NCBI RefSeq assembly: GCF_046119375.1
Contig: NW_027363092.1
Span: 186,001 to 250,000 of the forward strand
DNA: 64,000 nt
Origin: Phyllobates terribilis
Taxonomy: Eukaryota
Direction of reading: 5' to 3'
The position numbers were made by a program, and so were the translations under genes. Position 1 is the first letter of the stretch. Every line of letters begins with the position of its first letter. The notes below the pieces were generated by a model that made no database searches, was not told where the DNA came from, and worked only from the letters and a program-made list of their open reading frames with translations. Shown one piece after another: positions 61,168 through 64,000 of the stretch.

Positions 61168-61790
61168 TAGTTATAAGAAAAATCAGGGAGGATGGGGCAG
61201 GGATCATGTTAATTGGCCCTTTCTTGCCCAAAAGACACTGGCTTTCATTGCTAAGGATAATGTCTGTGTCCGATCCATGGGTTCTTCCGGGGATCCCAAA
61301 TCTCCTATCTCAAGGGCCAGTGTATCATCCTCGAGCAGCCAACCTCCACTTGAAGGCATAGAATTTGAAAGGGCGCTGTTAAGGGAGAGGGGGTTTTCCC
61401 TTAATCTCATCCCCAGCCTGCTTCAGAGTAGGAAAGCAGTTGTGACCAGGATTTATGCTAGAACTTGGAGAAAGTGTTGTTTTTTTTTTTTTTGTTTTGT
61501 TTTTTAATATCCTCTTCAAGGTCTAGGGTCCAGGATGGGAACGCCTGTGGCCGAGGTTTTACAGAAAGGTCTTGAGTAAGGGTTGTCCTCCAGTACCCTA
61601 AAAGCACAAGTTGGGGGGCTCTGTACAGCTGGGTATCACTGTTTATAAAAGCATCGTTGAGATGTAGGCTCATTTCCAAGGTAAATTTGGTACCATGGGA
61701 TTTAATTTTTGTCCTGACAGCCTTAAAGGACGTACCATTGAGCCCATAGTTTGCAACCCTTAAGGTTCTTTCATTCAAAACAGCCCTATT

Positions 61791-64000
61791 GGGGGGCATG
61801 GCCTGGACATGACGCCGAGCGGTCGCACTCTAAGAGCTCTGTCTTCACAACCCCTCTGTAGCTTTATCATTTGCCTACAGCAGCAAACACCATAACCCTG
61901 ATGAAGGGAAAGACCGGTCTCCGTTCCCAGGACTCTCCCATAGAAGCCGCAAAACAAGATATCACAAGGTACCTGGCGGCCTCGGGGAGTGCTGGCAAGC
62001 TTTCCACACTCCCAGTTATGGCGGAGGCTTTGGACGCATCAAACCAGCAGCGATCAGGCGGGAATTGCCCTTCCACATCTCCCGTTGGCCCGACTTCACA
62101 GCGACATACCCCAGGGGGACAGATGATCGGTCAGAGACTGAAGCGGTCGGAGGTTAATCTGACATCGGCGGGAGGCGCCATGAGAACTGGTGAGAATGAA
62201 GATAAACGCCATTCCTTCCCTCCCTCAACAACATCAGCGGCACCATAGCTCCCCGCCTCACCATCTGCAGTAGGGGACCACCGGGCTCCTGTTGGGACTC
62301 CCTCTTCGGTGCCTTCCCCGGATACCATCACAGGGGACGTAGGAGATATGTTGGACAGCCTCACAGCTTCTAATCAGAATCCGATTATTAACAACCTTTC
62401 ATGGGGCTTCTCAACCACATACACTTACTGTCTCCATGGATACTATGGGCTTCCTGTCTGGAGACCGGGACATAGAGGATCTACGTGCTCTGATTGGAGC
62501 CATCCCCACTAAGACAGACATGGAGGGGTGTATCAGTAGACTTGAGGCTGTTTGTAAGTCTGAGATAAGATCTCTTAAAGAAGACATGACACAACTCAAT
62601 AGCACTGTTAAAACTCTGGAGACTGACGTAGCCAACCTTAATACGCAGCAAAAAGCACAACAACAAATTCTAGATCAACACTCACAAAACTTTAAGCTTT
62701 TATTTGATATGATGAAAGACTCAGAGAATAGAAACCATAGAAACAATATTAGGCTGCGAGGGCTCCCGGAGTCAGTAGAAGCACGTGAACTGACACAGGT
62801 CCTACTGCATATCTTCAACTCCCTGCTGGGAAGACCCTCGGATACTCATATTGAAATGGATAGATTCCACCGCGCCTTGGGCCCTAAAAGCACTGATTCG
62901 AATAGATCTCGTGATGTTTTCTGCCATATACATTTTTTCCAACTAAAAGAGGATATAATGAAGGCAAGGGACAAAGCTGCTATAGACAACGACGGTTCGG
63001 AGCTCCATTTACTTGCTGATCTCTCCCGTCTGACCCTTGCTAAACGGAGAGCCCTGCGCTCACTTTTGGAGGTCCTACGTACAAGAGACATTAGTTATTC
63101 TTGGGGATATCCCTTTCAACTACAAGTGCGCAAAGATTCTGAGATGATGACTCTGCGATCCCCACGAGATATTCCAGAGTTCTCCTCAGCCCTAGACTTG
63201 CCCCCAGTGACCCTTTTGGAGTGGCCTCAGATGACCTCACTTTTGCAATGGGGGCCTCGAAGAGACCGCTTCCGGACTCAAAAGAAGGGGAAACAAAGAC
63301 CCCGACGTCATGCTGACGGGCCTGCCGGTAACACCTGAACTGTCTCCTGGTCCTCGAGATCGGATATTGTGAAGGTTTCGTCATTATAGCTGCCTGTTTA
63401 AAATGACCGCCAGGAGACACTTCTTCTTTTGTCTGATGGGTTAGCGGAGTTGAGCAGCAAAAGATGAGTGAGAATCCTTCTCACATTGGTTTTGACTTTG
63501 AGACCATTATAATAATGTTTTGCTGTTGTTATACCTATAGCTTCACTCACTTACTGTACCTTCTCTTAGACAACCTACTTAATCTAATATGTAGGCTAAG
63601 GTCTTTCCCCTCTCCACTCAACCTGGGACCGTTTGGATTCCCGTTTCCTTTCTTTCTTTCTTTTATTATACTAGCTGCAGAGGTTAAGTTGTTAAGAGGT
63701 GCTCTGTTTTAGTCACTCCCCACAGTCGGGTGTGTCTTTGACACTGTTCTACAGAGTTCTCTCTGTTCTAATTGTATATCCAGAGGCTTATTAGCCTCTG
63801 GCCTATCAGAAGTGATCAGCCAACTTGGCTGTTCCTCCTGATTCCTAGGTTCTTTTCTCCTAATTTCTCTATCATCTTTCTAACCCTTCTTTTCGGTCTT
63901 CTTTATCTCCAATTTCGGGAGACTCCCTTCCCACCTTCTTCACCTATCTGCCTCTTTCTCCCCCCTCCATTTAACCTTCCGACTACTGCTACCCTTGCCA
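61791..64000 (+). mobile_element. 5' portion of an L1-clade LINE (5' UTR, ORF1, inter-ORF spacer); continues beyond window
   Basis: gggggg-cat-ggcc 5' start truncating the G YR; L1 ORF1 motifs. Confidence 0.85.
62436..63338 (+). CDS. L1 ORF1p (coiled coil + RRM + CTD); N-terminus from ~61901 is frameshifted
   Basis: ENRNHRNNIRLRGLPES, MDRFHRALGP, LLADLSRLTLAKRR, YSWGYPFQL. Confidence 0.88.
   Translation: MDTMGFLSGDRDIEDLRALIGAIPTKTDMEGCISRLEAVCKSEIRSLKEDMTQLNSTVKTLETDVANLNTQQKAQQQILDQHSQNFKLLFDMMKDSENRNHRNNIRLRGLPESVEARELTQVLLHIFNSLLGRPSDTHIEMDRFHRALGPKSTDSNRSRDVFCHIHFFQLKEDIMKARDKAAIDNDGSELHLLADLSRLTLAKRRALRSLLEVLRTRDISYSWGYPFQLQVRKDSEMMTLRSPRDIPEFSSALDLPPVTLLEWPQMTSLLQWGPRRDRFRTQKKGKQRPRRHADGPAGNT

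Larger units (their letters stand above)
44670..61790 (+). mobile_element. DIRS copy E/G (3'-truncated), host of six nested insertions
   Basis: 5' end tttatcgatcacccatgacagcacc; gag rejoins across I (SGAIV-FPLEVDRLVKAVRS); RT rejoins across H (AIKLL-FPGCFMVVLDFKDSYYHVPI) and across the solo LTR (PI-HIEHQKYVRV); MT rejoins across Tc1; YR 61360-61790. Confidence 0.85.

Noticed and set aside
62436-63338. DNA transposase
   Set aside because: Motifs are those of L1 ORF1p (RRM/CTD); no DDE triad or TIRs.

Overview
Eukaryotic, almost entirely transposon-derived 64 kb window. The repeat repertoire (DIRS1, Neptune-type Penelope, chromodomain Ty3/Gypsy, Tc1, TTAA-flanked piggyBac- and Kolobok-like non-autonomous elements, Harbinger-like MITEs, L1) suggests an anuran amphibian genome (inference). 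No intact host gene is recognisable. Seven DIRS1-type tyrosine-recombinase (YR) retrotransposons are present: A 10034-16213 (-), and D 24692-26639, B ~27622-43455, C 28998-33526, E/G 44670-61790, I 47797-51020 and H 52122-57869 (all +). They form deeply nested stacks whose junctions resolve to the base, because the interrupted host reading frames rejoin across target-site duplications. Also present are a Penelope-like element with an intact 835-aa RT/GIY-YIG ORF, two hammerhead ribozyme motifs and a 16-bp TSD; a full-length-sized but disabled Gypsy chromovirus with ~99% identical LTRs and a Tf1-like self-priming signature; and the 5' half of an L1. The most interesting observations are: (1) the DIRS gag appears to be spliced, with an ATG exon, a phase-0 GT-AG intron and a zinc-finger exon seen in several divergent families, downstream of an internal TATA box; (2) a conserved TATA+Inr promoter inside the 5' ITR whose predicted leader is repeated in the same sense in the 3' ITR; (3) a decayed multi-exon gene of unknown identity at ~6.0-9.6 kb; (4) a perfect 75-bp fold-back at the 5' end of DIRS-B. 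All alignments and translations were done by eye; no database searches were run.
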